DNA of 64,000 nucleotides, from assembly GCF_006345805.1 (NCBI RefSeq), contig NC_043015.1, positions 42,098,001 to 42,162,000 on the forward strand, given 5' to 3'. This DNA is from Octopus sinensis (Eukaryota). Below, piece after piece: positions 1 through 12,565 of the stretch (position 1 is the first letter of the stretch; every line of letters begins with the position of its first letter). The translations under genes were made by a program, and so were the position numbers. Below the pieces are notes generated by a model, which was not told the DNA's origin, made no database searches, and was given only the letters and a program-made list of their open reading frames with translations.

Positions 1-33
1 GGAATTTTCAGGACATTTATAAAGAGAAAATTA

Positions 34-81
34 GTCTTACAGCTGTTTCTGGGATATTAGGGATATCCCTTCATCAGAGAC
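34..81 (-). ncRNA. Minimal type-I hammerhead ribozyme motif (PLE terminus)
   Basis: Minus strand: GUCU|CUGAUGA-A-GGGAUAU(CCCUA)AUAUCCC-A-GAAAC-AGCU-GUA|AGAC. Stems I-III present; palindromic AGCU loop. Confidence 0.7.
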
Positions 82-190
82 GATATGAGATGGTTATGTA
101 TGTGTGTGTATGTGTATATATATGCATGCATGGGTACGGGTTTAAAATACACAAGTACGTAGACCTATATAATAATGCATATATATATAT

Positions 191-221
<31 letters not shown>

Positions 222-412
222 CTGTAATCCTCGCTATATCGCAGTATATTAAGCTTACGTCGATTCCTCCGTGGTGTTGGATAGCATTATAATAAAATAA
301 ATATATACAAATTATGAAGATAATAAAAATATATACAATACAGTACTCTTTCTACTTTCACCTATCGCGGGGGGTTTTGGAACGGAACACCCGAAATAGT
401 CGCGGGATTACT

Positions 413-413
<1 letters not shown>
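222..413. mobile_element. Tigger/pogo-like MITE
   Basis: Imperfect TIRs ctgtaatcctcgc / cgcgggattactg flanked by TA; about 190 bp, non-coding. Confidence 0.55.
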
Positions 414-454
<41 letters not shown>

Positions 455-539
455 CACACCCATATATAATATATATATATATATATTATATATATAATCT
501 ATATATAATTATATATATATTATATAATATCCATACATA

Positions 540-566
540 TATATATATAGATAGATAGATAGATAG

Positions 567-632
<66 letters not shown>
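540..632. repeat. (GATA)n microsatellite
   Basis: Direct reading; source of ORFs 486..695 and 509..721. Confidence 0.95.
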
Positions 633-667
633 CAGATATGTATATATAATATAATATAAATAAAGAG

Positions 668-812
668 GGCAAGCAACAGATTGCTTAGCCCACATACCGA
701 AAAATTAGAATTAGCTGTCAAAGACCGCTTATTTCTAGAAAATAGAAATAAGCGGTCTTTGACTGCTATTTCTAATTTTGCGGTATGTGGCTAAGCAACC
801 TGTTTGCTTGCC
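668..812. repeat. Fold-back inverted repeat, about 65-bp arms
   Basis: ggcaagcaacag...gaccgcttatttcta mirrored by tagaaataagcggtc...tttgcttgcc. Confidence 0.85.
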
Positions 813-838
813 TTTTTTATTTATATATATATTTATAT

Positions 839-871
<33 letters not shown>

Positions 872-993
872 GATATATATATATATATATATATAGAAGT
901 TTTTGAAAAGTTCCTACCGATAATGTTATATTTCCATACCGAAATCTACCCGGAAATAATTTTGCTGATTTTAAAATAAAATAATTACTTACC

Positions 994-1041
<48 letters not shown>

Positions 1042-1172
1042 ATATATATAGCAAATAAGAAATGGAGGAGGATTATAGGTGGTTCATCACTTTTAGACAT
1101 TAAATATGTTAACTTATTATTTTTTATTACTAACTGATAATGCAGTATATTACATACATACATATATATTAT

Positions 1173-1224
<52 letters not shown>

Positions 1225-1900
1225 CAGAAAGAGAAAAGATAAAAAAAAACGCAGATTTGTTTTACAGGATTAAAGGGTATATTAGAATCATAATAATTAA
1301 GATATACAATTTTGTACAAAATAAGATTGTTTTCTTTCAACGCAATTAAATTAAGAACCGGTTTCGCATTGCTCATCAAGCTAAGGGTTTAAAAATAGAC
1401 ACATTGCTAAGGAGGAGAGATGCTACAAGGGGAGGTAATTATTCACACATTTATTTTACAGTACAGGGGAGGTAAATCTCTAATTTTTATTTTTGGCCTA
1501 TATTTTATTATTTTATTATGGCTTGTATCTTACAATAGAAGGAGTAAGTCTTTTATTTTTAGTATGGGTTCATATTTAATTCTGGTTTATATTTTTGGAT
1601 AAATTAGGTTCCTTTATTCAGTCTTATTTGTGTTGAGGTCCAGAAAACAAGTTGATAAAATGGGAAAATTATGAATTGTGGTCGTAATCATTCTGCACAT
1701 TCGTCAATGTGTTGACTGAGATATATTTGGCGATACTGTGGGGAAGATATTTGTTGTCTGTGGACCGGACATCGTTATTATTATGACTAATATACTCCTT
1801 ATTCCTGTAAAACAAATCTTTTTTCATCTTTTCTCTTTCTGTGTATATCCAACCACGTGTGTTCCCCCACTAAAATACCTTTCTACCCTTTTATTTTTCT
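1225..1900 (-). mobile_element. Degenerate PLE 3' remnant with inverted partial copy and degenerate hammerhead
   Basis: Minus-strand GIY-YIG-like scraps (VGYTQ, SIAK). UUGAUGA-GCAAUGC-GAAAC-CG-GUU at 1355-1379. 1225-1300 is an inverted copy of about 1780-1850. Confidence 0.45.
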
Positions 1901-1920
1901 GTAAATTTCAACCATATTTA

Positions 1921-1979
<59 letters not shown>

Positions 1980-2120
1980 TATTCTATATAGTAGATAGAT
2001 AGAAAAGTTTTTCTTACTTTCCATTAACAAATAATTTTCGCCATTATATCCTTTTTATATATATTGATAGATAGATATAGTTACGATAGATATTAATTCT
2101 TATATCTTTTATTTAGTTTT

Positions 2121-2158
<38 letters not shown>

Positions 2159-2169
2159 ATATATACTAT

Positions 2170-2461
2170 TCTTTATATATAAAAGTCAAGTTGTGTGTCT
2201 GTCTCCTACGATTTAGATTCCTAACTACTCCCACATTTTGCGGTGCTTTAAACCAAAACCGGGTATCTTATAGTCGTGATTCATATCGAGCCTTCTGGGT
2301 ATTAGCGCGCGTCTACGATGAGTCTACGATTTAAAAAAAAATTACCATCATTTTTTTCCATTTTAATGCATTTTTTCGCTATTTTTTGGCTATAACTCTC
2401 TGAAAATTCTTATATAGTTATTTCCCTTACAAACCCGAGCAACGCCGGGCGATACTGCTAG
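2170..2461 (+). mobile_element. Non-autonomous Helitron-like element
   Basis: 5' TC start, 3' hairpin cccgagcaacgccggg, then CTAG|T. Inverse-orientation relative at 9551-9948. Confidence 0.65.
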
Positions 2462-3250
2462 TATATATAAAGTGATCTAACGTATTACATTTAATTTAAT
2501 TTAAGAATTAATTTCGTCAGACAATATATTCTTTAATTATTAGGTGGCATATTTATTATGTAATATTAGATTTTAAGTTAATTAGGTATTATATTATTTG
2601 ATATTTAGTCAACTATGTTATAGATTGATATATTAAATCTATTGATACTACACATGTATATTAATTATATAGTTAGCTTATTTAATGAGTTTGTCTATAT
2701 TTGAACCATTTCTTATTTTGATTACAATTTAATGACTTGTACTAGCATTGTGTATTTTAATTAATTTTAAAGTATTTAATAATTTAAGTATTTTTTTAGT
2801 TATCACTTATGTTTATTTAGTATTTTCATATATACATATATATATATTAAAGTATATTTATTAATTAATTATATTATTATTCTAATTTATCTTTAACCTG
2901 ATGAGTGGCTATATTTATATCGAAGTGATTTTACTACTACTATTATCATTTCTTAAATATAGCTACGATACATGTGTCGTTATTCTACCAATTATATACA
3001 TTTTTATTATTTTTTTGCAATTTACTTAATCATTGATATTTTATTGTTATTTTAATTTTAATATTTCTATTATATGTAATTTTCTAGATGGTGTAATTTA
3101 ATTGTTCATTTTGAATTGATAAAAGGTGTTTTTTTTCTAATTTTTATATATATATATATATTATAACGTGTGAAATTTGATTTAGTATTTCTAAATTGAA
3201 TTTTTTTCCCCTGTAAGTTTGGATTTATATTCCCTCAAATAATAATTATC
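2462..3250 (+). mobile_element. PLE terminal repeat with hammerhead motif (2894-2982)
   Basis: UAAC|CUGAUGA-GUGGCUAUAUUU...AAAUAUAGCUAC-GAUAC-AUGU-GUC|GUUA (one core A>U change). Downstream part recurs at 47365-47610. Confidence 0.6.
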
Positions 3251-3265
3251 ATTCTCTCTCTCTCT

Positions 3266-3328
<63 letters not shown>

Positions 3329-3384
3329 TCTCTCTCTCTCTATCTCTATATATATATATATATATATATATAATCAAAATGTGA

Positions 3385-3590
3385 CCTCGTGTGTACCGTT
3401 GGCGATTTTTTTTCCTCTGTCTTCCCTTCTGTGGATCTTTCCTTCTCCTATGTTTCGACGAAGAGCTCCGCTCGAAACGTTAAACCCTCCTTCTTTCCTT
3501 CTTTCCTGAGAGCGTCCAATAATACTATATTTGTTCCACGTCCTCGCGTGTTGTGTTTTTTGTGCTTTCTTGTTTGGATTAACTATATAT
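3385..3590 (+). mobile_element. About 200-bp hammerhead-bearing mini-element (GAGC family)
   Basis: cgacgaagagctccgctcgaaacgttaaac; ends in (TA)n. Copies at 16466-16670 (-) and 46120-46270 (+). Confidence 0.65.
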
Positions 3591-3603
3591 ATATAGATAT
3601 ATA

Positions 3604-3639
<36 letters not shown>

Positions 3640-3640
<1 letters not shown>

Positions 3641-4520
3641 GTGTGAGTTAGAGGTGAGAAACCAATTAAGGGATAGTTCCTATCCACGGTAAAACAGTAA
3701 CGAACACTAACATCACATCTTAGCCTCACCTAGTTTTCTCTCATTGATACACTCATGTACTAAATTTCCCATTATGTGTTCATTATAAGTTGCTTATGAC
3801 ATACCCTCTACAACGCTACACCTACAAACTGGCACTTTACATATAAACTTTCACCCTTTTGACATGAACCATACCATCAAACCCACCATTAAAGTTCTAT
3901 GGAAATACAATGTGAACTACAGCCTCAAATTATCCCTCCTGAAAACGACTTTTTCACCTACCCACCACTGGATGAAATACCATGGATTTTATAAATATTT
4001 TACGGGACGTCTTAGCCTTATTTCCCCTTACTATGCCCACATTATTGTACTCTGCTGTATTTCACTTGTATTCTTGTTTTTGCTCTTATTATTATTATTA
4101 TTATTCTACGCTATTTAAACGAATAAGCACCCCTTATCTATTCTTAACTGACTTTCATATGTGTTATCCCCACCAAAAATAATCTACTTAGACCCTCAGA
4201 AACCTAAAGGCACATCCTTTATCCAAGCCTTGTCTATTCATATTTGCATAACGTTGAAGTGATGGAGATAACCTGGAAGATTTTGTTGCCTCTTAGCAGA
4301 AACGGCCGTAAGGAACGAGTACCTGCACACCCATTTATATTTTTGCTCATTTGTTTCTATATACTTATATGTATTCACTCCCTTGTCTATCAATTTGCCA
4401 GCTTTTTTCCTCTCGCTAAGCTGTATAACTCATACGTGTGTATGTGTATTTAGCCGTTACAATTGAATAAATAGACATACTAGAATGTTTGCTGGGGCAA
4501 GAAACATTAAAACCATATAT
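3640..4520 (+). mobile_element. Highly degenerate PLE endonuclease/3' remnant
   Basis: Frameshifted scraps (VFIISC; PTTG*N resembling P.GLN) and degenerate hammerhead CUGGAAGA...GAAAC-GGCC-GUA at 4273-4310. Confidence 0.35.
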
Positions 4521-4554
4521 TGGTTAACCAAAAAGGAGAAAAAGAATTCTACAG

Positions 4555-5160
4555 CTCTACCACCACTACTACCACGATCACTACTACTACTGCAAACAGC
4601 GGTCTCTGCTACTGCTGCTATTACAGCCAACGGTCACTTCCACCAGTACTAATACTACTACTACTACAAGTACTACTACTAATACTACTACTAATACTAA
4701 TACTAATACTAATACCACTACTACTACTACTACGACAAACAATTTTCTACTGCTGCTATTACAGCCAACGGTCACTTCCACTTCTTCTACTACTACTACT
4801 ACTACTATAGCCAATAAACTACTGCCACAACTCCAACAACTGCTACCACCACGGTCACTACTACTACTACTGCTACAACTCCAACCAATACTACCACCAC
4901 GATCACTTCTACTACTATAGCTAATGAACTACTGCTACAACTCCAACCACTACCACCACCACGGTCACTACTACTATTATAGCCAATAAACTACTGCTAC
5001 AACTCCAACCACCACTACCACCACGGTCACTACTACTACTGCTACTACTACTACAACCAATGAACTGCTGCTACAACTCCAACCACCACTACCACCACGG
5101 TCACTACTACTGCTACGATGACCAACAGTCTCTACTATTACTGCTACTACAGCCAACGAT
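4555..5160. repeat. Complex (ACT/ACC)n satellite with higher-order units
   Basis: Recurrent tattacagccaacggtcact and atagccaataaactactgctacaactccaacc units; related block at 8940-9375. Confidence 0.85.
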
Positions 5161-5306
5161 TCATTCTTCATTCTTCAATTTCTCAGTCAACGCACAAAGA
5201 CAGCCATTATGTTTGCACACATAAAACGCCACCACGTGAACTCTGTTGAAACTAGCAAGAAATAATTATAAACTTTTCTTTTATTCCACTTAACTTCTAA
5301 AAAATA

Positions 5307-5628
5307 TATACTCTTACTCTTTACTCTTTTACTTGTTTCAGTCATTTGACTGCGGCCATGCTGGAGCACCGCCTTTAACCGAGCAACTCGACCCCGGGAC
5401 TTATTATTTTGTAAGCCCAGTACTTATTCTATCGGACTCTTTTGCCGAACCGCTAAGTAACGGGGACATAAACACACCAGCATCGTCGGTTGTCAAAGAA
5501 TGCTAGGGGAACAAACACAGACACACAAACACATACACATACATACGTATATACATACGTAAATATCATATATTTATATATATATAGTATATTATATATA
5601 TATATATATTATATATATATATATATAT

Positions 5629-5659
<31 letters not shown>

Positions 5660-5805
5660 ACAGGCTTCTTTCAGTTTCCGTCTACCAAATCCACTCAAAA
5701 GGCTTTGGTCGGCCGAGGCTATAGTAGAAGATACTTGCCCAAGGTGCCACACAATGGGACTGAACCCGGAACCATGTGGTCGGTAAACAAGCTACTTACC
5801 ACAGC
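5307..5805 (-). mobile_element. tRNA-derived SINE family A
   Basis: Reverse complement of the family seen at 15453-15912 (A/B-box head, internal microsatellite, (GAGTAAAA)n tail). Confidence 0.85.
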
Positions 5806-6059
5806 CTTTTTATTTTTTTTTTTTTTGATAAGGTTCGTTTTTTCAAGAACTAAAACATGTAAAATTTCTCAGAAAATAAAAATTTATCTTATAAAGTGGC
5901 GTTTTCAAACTTCTTTTTTATAAATATACACCCATTCGTATGCCACCTACACTTTTTATAAATATATGTGTGCGTGTGTATGTTTGTGTATGTATGAAAA
6001 ACATGAACGAAAATGCTACTTATCGTTACACATTTTTTCAAATATATATATATATATAA

Positions 6060-6320
6060 ATGGAGATTAACGCAGGTATTATTCAAATACTTTTACTTCC
6101 GACACATGTTTAGAAGATTTCACTGATATTATTCCAAGGGAATAAATGGTGTAAAGCAATGTAATCTTCTCTTCAGGGAAGTGAAGAAATGAAACTCGTC
6201 AATAAGACATTTTAACAGAAAATGATGGATATCTATAGTGATTTATTAAACGCTATTAATATTATTTGAGAAAACACCATATGCTATAACGTCAGAAGTA
6301 GCCTATAGAAAAAGGAGGGA
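6060..6320 (-). mobile_element. PLE terminal repeat with hammerhead motif (6095-6182)
   Basis: ACUUCC|CUGAAGA-GAAGAUU...AAUCUUC-UAAAC-AUGU-GUC|GGAAGU; 6-bp stem I, one core change. Relative at 34570-34830. Confidence 0.6.
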
Positions 6321-6385
6321 TTTTTTTTGCGAATGTTAAATATAAACAAAAAACCTCGGAACTTTCCAGGCTGTCCCATCCTCGG

Positions 6386-6434
<49 letters not shown>

Positions 6435-6436
6435 TA

Positions 6437-7252
6437 TCTTTATACATATAAAACTGAGAATGTGTGTCTGTCTGTGTGTTTCCCTAAGACTTGAGAACTA
6501 CACAACCAATTTCATTCAAATTTTACACATGCCTTACTTAGGGTCCATGTAGTTTCATGGGCAAAAAAAATGTTCAACACAACAATTACAATATATTTAT
6601 TTTAAATCATTCATTTATTTTAAATCTTTCATCTTTCTCCCCCCCCCCCCCATCTCTCTCTCACACACATTACTTTGGGTGCGAAAGAGTTTTGTTTTTA
6701 TTTTACGCCGAGTAAAAAAGTGTTTTGTTGACAATCCATTTATTTAAAAACAAAGAAACAAAGAGGTGGGTAGCAATTTGTCAGTGAATTGCACAATATA
6801 AATGGGTACAATTTCCGAGGCTTCCACCACACCCACTCCGTTTCACGGACCACAAAAGGGGTTTTGTAGCATATTAAGAGGCCAGAGTAGTTGATTCTGC
6901 GCAAAAAAAAACGATTATTTTTCTTAGTGAAAATCGTGCGAGTGTTAATCTACAAATTTAACAACATTTTTCCATTCATTTCTGTTTATGAACATGTATG
7001 CATGCACAAAACAGGCAATAGGTGTACGTACGTACATGTGTGTTCGTGTCTGTTGCCCATATATATTTATATTATATTATATTATATTATATTATACATA
7101 TATAATATAAATAATATATATATAATATAACCAATTTCAACGGATTTTGCCCAAATTTGACGTCGATATTACTTAGTTTGGTTTGAAATAAAGAACTTGA
7201 TTAGCTATATAATCGTAACTTAATCCCGGGCAAGGCCGGTTTATACTGCTAG
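6437..7252 (+). mobile_element. Non-autonomous Helitron-like element
   Basis: 5' TC, 3' hairpin cccgggcaaggccgg plus CTAG|T; shares its 5' end with 7277-8422. Confidence 0.6.
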
Positions 7253-7276
7253 TATATATATATATATATGATATTA

Positions 7277-8422
7277 TCTTTATATATATAAAACTGAGAA
7301 TGTGTGTCTGTCTGTGTGTTTCCCTAAAACTTGAGAACTACAGAACCAATTTCATTCAAATTTTACACATGCCTTACTTAGGGTCCGGGGAGTGTCATCG
7401 GCAAAACATTTTTTAACTTTTTGCCTAGGGCGAGCCCACAGCAATATCATATCTTCTCCACTACGATTCCCTAAAACTTGAGAACTACACAACCAATTTC
7501 ATTCAAATTTTACACATGCCTTACTTAGTTTCATGGGCAAAAAAAAAATGTCCAACTTCTTACCTAGAGCGAGCCCATAGCAATATCATATCTTCTCCAC
7601 TATTTCAGTATTACGTGTTAAAAGTGAAACAAAAACGTTTCTCTATTTTATGTCAGATACTTTCACTTTAACAATAAAAATAATAATAACAATTGAATTA
7701 TATGTAGTAAGTAATAATTAAAATCAAACTAAAGTATAATATAATCGTAACATAACAAAAGTAAAAATAGCAATTGGTATAAATTTGCATCAATGACTTG
7801 AACTTGAATAAGTGGTTTCACATGAATGGGAATAAATTAAAAATAAAATTAGCGTGCAGAAATGGAATAGTCCAGATGGATAATAAAAAATTAAATTAAA
7901 GAAAAGACTATTGTCTATAATGTATACAATGTAGAGCAAAAAGAAGATTTGAACACATGGAGGAAAGCACCATCGAAAAGTGTCTTGGTGCGACTATGAA
8001 AGGTAAATTCGCCACAATAGAAGCAAGGTTCGAGTCAACAGAGTGTGCAAGGGAGTACTCGACTCGAACTTGCAAAGTGGAAATATTTTATTTTTACCTT
8101 TATATCTGGGACGTAGGACGTCCCGGAAAAAATTATAAATGCCCCCACCCCGAAATAGAGGTAGGCTGGATTGTAGCCACACTTCTATACAAGAGGGAGG
8201 ACAAGATACAATTGATCGAAATTACAAGAGACGGGCTAACAATTCCAGTCTGTTATATATTTTGAGTATTGTTATCACTAGTGATATCAAGATATAACTT
8301 TGTATTTTGTAGTTTATGTGTAGATGTATATATATATAGATGTACATGTAATATGTATACATATATACACATATATACATGCAGTAGCACTATGACCCGG
8401 CAACGACGGGTTTTAATGCTAG
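7277..8422 (+). mobile_element. Non-autonomous Helitron-like element carrying a coding-like insert
   Basis: 5' TC, 3' cccggcaacgacggg plus CTAG|T; internal duplication; protein-like segment 7957-8265. Confidence 0.6.
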
Positions 8423-8439
8423 TATATATATACCATAAA

Positions 8440-8908
8440 ATATGATGGCAAATTTGATGATAGTCTCAAACACATCGAAAAGGTATTGGCAAACCTAGAT
8501 CAGGACATTAGCATACTCTTCGTGGGTGACTTCCGTCTCACACATGTTAAATTGCCAGAAGACCACATCCCCTCTGAGATGTCACAGCATGAAAAAAAGC
8601 ATGTAGAGTCATTACTTGAACTTTCTAAAATGCTGTTCATGGAGAAAGTGATAGTCAGGCCAACCAGGGGAAACAACAACATGGACCTCTGCTTCACAAA
8701 TGATGGGATCTTATCTTATGTGAAGGTAACACGAACAGCACTCTCAGATCACAGCATCGTTGAACTAAGTATGTATGGTCCTGCAGGAACTGTTGGTATC
8801 TACCCTATCAGGAGGACTCAAGCCTTATCCAACCTGAATTTTAATAAAATAAAATGGGAATCGGTCCGCAAAGAGATCCACAAACGAAACTGGTCCAACA
8901 TTCTTTGA
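8440..8908 (+). mobile_element. LINE (CR1/L2-like) APE endonuclease fragment
   Basis: GDF...PTRGNNNMDLCFTN...LSDH motifs of exonuclease/endonuclease/phosphatase-fold LINE endonucleases. Confidence 0.8.
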
Positions 8909-8939
8909 AACTCAGCCAGTTTATGTCAACAGTACAAGC

Positions 8940-9375
8940 TGTAAATATAACTAATGCTACAACTCCAACCACCACTACCACCACGGTCACTACTACTACC
9001 ACTTCTATGACAAACAGCTGCTATTACAGCCAACGGTCACTTACACTTCTACCACTACTACTACTACTATACTACTACTACTACTACAACTACAACTACT
9101 ACTACAACTACTACTACAACTACTACTACTACAACTACTACTACTACTACTACTACTACAACTACTACTACAACTACTACTACTACTACAACTACTACTA
9201 CAACTACTACTACAACTACTACAACTACTACCACTACTACTACTACAGCTACTACTACTACTACCACTACTACTACTACAACTACTACTACTATACTACT
9301 ACTACTACTACTATACTACTACTACTACAGCCAATAAAGCTAATGCTACAACTCCAACCACCACTACCACCAATA
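8940..9375. repeat. (ACT/ACA)n trinucleotide block
   Basis: Direct reading; source of the poly-Y and poly-V ORFs. Confidence 0.9.
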
Positions 9376-9550
9376 TAATAATATTGTAACCATTCCTAAA
9401 TTTTTCAAATTCTAATTCTTTATAACTAAATAAGAATGAATATACCATACTAGCTTTTAATTCAACATGCATAGATTACTAAAAAACTTCATTGCATATT
9501 TAGAATTAAATTCTCTTTTTTTTTTTGATAATCTCCTGTATTAAATAGTA

Positions 9551-9948
9551 CTAGCAGTATCGCCCGGCGTTGCTCGGGTTTGTAAGGGAAATAATTATAT
9601 AAGCATTTTTAGAGATGTAAAGTATAATAGCCATCTCAATATGGCTAACCACAAAGGGGGAGGGGTGTTACTGTAGCTTTTTACGTTCTGAGATTTAATA
9701 ATAAATTTTAGAGAGTTACTTCCCTTATATATGTCAAAAATGGATTAACAATGCGAAAAATTGATGGTAAATTTTTTTTTTAATCGTAGACTCATCGTAG
9801 ACGCGCGCTAATACCCAGACGGTCTCGATATGAATCACGACTATAAGATACCCGGTTTTGGTTAAACTGCACCGCAAAATGTGGGAGTAGTTAGGAATCT
9901 AAATCGTAGGAGACAGACCACACCTCACTCCATTTTTATATATAAAGA
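9551..9948 (-). mobile_element. Non-autonomous Helitron-like element
   Basis: Reverse complement of the 2170-2461 family with an extra internal segment. Confidence 0.65.
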
Positions 9949-10123
9949 TTTCCTCTATTTACATAATATTGAGGTCTCTTTCTTTCTTTTGTTATCTTAC
10001 TGTTTTTACCAATATACATATATATATTATAAATATATATATATAGTTACAGAGATGTACTGTACTTGCATAGCAAGTGACTTGATCTGAGATCGTGTGC
10101 GGAACGAAAACAGTTGCAGCGTT

Positions 10124-10358
10124 GAAGGTGTTTATAAGCCATTTAAGAAACACACAAAAACCGTTAGATTCACTGAACATTTAAATTTAATTTGTCAAAA
10201 TATTTCGTCGCTTTGAGACCGCAACCTGTTAGCACGATATTTTTGTCAGTGAACAGTCGCGGTCTGAAAGCGACGAAAATATTTTGGCAAATTAAATTTA
10301 ATGTTGAAGTGAATGTAACGGTTTTTGTGTGTTTCTTAAATGGCTTACAAACACCTTC
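10124..10358. repeat. Fold-back element, about 100-bp arms
   Basis: gaaggtgtttataagcc...gagaccgc / gcggtctg...acaccttc; half copy near 46625-46715. Confidence 0.8.
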
Positions 10359-11633
10359 CACGCTGCAATATATATATACACACATATATATATATATATG
10401 TATGTATGTATGTATGGTGTGTATATGTGTATGCATGTATGTGTGTGTGTGTGCGTGTCTGTGCTTGTGATTGTCCTCCACCACTGCTTGACAACGAATG
10501 TTGGTTTGTTTACATCCCTGTCACTAGTGGTTTGACAAAGGAAACAGATAGAATAAGTACAATGCTTACAAAAATAAAACTGGAGTTGATTCATTAAACT
10601 ACAATTCTTCAAGGCATTGCCCAGCATGGCCACAGACCAATGGCTGGAAAAGCAGAAGAATAAAAGAATACATTCTCTGCTTTGGTCTATGTTCAAGGCA
10701 TGAGAAAGCTTGAGTTTACATGAGAAGGCCTAACAGACCTGGTTAAACAGCAGCCAAATCTCCCTCAAATCACACTTACTGTCTTATGTATGTATATAAT
10801 ATGAGCCAATGAGGGGGACCTCTACATGGTAGCTAGACCTGGTAGAAATAGCAGCCAAATTTCCCCCAAATCACACCTTACTGTCTTATCTATGTATATA
10901 TGTATGAGCCTATGAGGAGACCCCTAATGGCAGCTAGACATGGTAGAAATAGCAGCCAAATCTCCCTCAAATCACACCTTACTGTCTTATCTTTCTGCTA
11001 CTTGGATATAGGTCTTATATTCATCGTAAAAAACTTTCCTGTCACACACTCACGCACAACGCGTACACACACACACACGCACCCTCACACACACACGCGC
11101 ACACCACACACACCCACACTGACACACACGCACTTAGCTTACAATTTTATTTATATATTTGCGTGTCTATGTGTGGAAAGAGGAAGTGGGAGGCAGAGTG
11201 AAAGAATCACTCACTACAGTAAGTGAATTAGTTTCATTTTATTCGTTGCCCACTGTGTGGGTGCGTTTGTGTGTGGTGTAAACCAGACTAAGAAAAGCAT
11301 TTGACACACACACCAGAATGTGAGTTTTCTGTAAATTTTGCTTAATTGGAGTTTAAATTTTGAAAACTGGACCTGGCATGACGCGATGCATTGTACTCTT
11401 AAAAATGCTAGGTAAATTGTAATTGAAGAAATCCTATATTGTAGATTTGTATAACTCCCAAAGGGAGGCAGATAAAATCTGCCTTTTATAATAAGAGATA
11501 AATTCTATGTCCCTAAGAAAACTACTCCGTTCATCTTGATTACCTCACTTCCATTTCTTAATATGTCATTAACCCAGGATATTTTTCCCCAACTAATTAG
11601 CCTTTCTCCGCGGGTAGTAAATATTATGTCTAA

Positions 11634-12494
11634 CAGATTCTTTAATTTAATTCATTAATAACAATTCACTATCAATTAAATCTGAAAAATTTACTCTTCT
11701 TGATTACTTTCCTTCATAAAAATAAATCACCTCCTACTAAACCTAAAAAAATTATTCATCTTGATTACTCCTCTTCCATTTTTTCTAATATATATAATAT
11801 ATTCACTTTATTAATAAGACTTTTGTCTCAGTTATTGAGTATTATGTCTACTCATAATAAATGAAAATTTTTCTCCAAATTAATAAATATTAGATTTATA
11901 ATTTCTCCTTTAATTCAAACGTATCAATATAATCAACACCTACTAGCTAAGTATAAAGCTGATGTATATAAGTATAAAGGGATCTCTCTGTATTCTCTAT
12001 AACTTTTTGGTAATAGGTGGTCATTGTGACCATCTAGCATTGACCTAGTTTTTCTTGATACAAAATCTGTTTGCCAAATAGTAGTAAACAAGCTTCTAGC
12101 ATTATAACCCCCTCTCTACTTTAATTTATTTGGAAATAACTTCTGATATTTATTTCACCCCTATTTCAATAAATAGAAAATCTATTTTGTCTCCATTCAA
12201 CGGAATATACTTCCCCACCTTCTAGCAATTCAAAATATTCTTCAGTCTGAAGATAAACACTACTACCTAAATTTCTTAAAATTCAAATCGACATCTCTGT
12301 CTATATATCTACCCTCTCTATAATGTTATCAATTAATATGAAACTATGTATTAATGGAAAACCTTTATAAATGGCTGAATATTGCTCAACATTTTAAAAC
12401 TATTGTAATACTTACAATGTTTAATAAAATGATGTAGCGTGAAACGATCGTACCAAATTACCGAAGATATCCTTGTTGCTTATTTTGATTATAT

Positions 12495-12565
<71 letters not shown>

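Noticed and set aside
4520-5171. Mucin-like Thr-rich exon
   Set aside because: Frames are broken by stops, there are no splice-site pairs, and the units are shared with a second repeat block.
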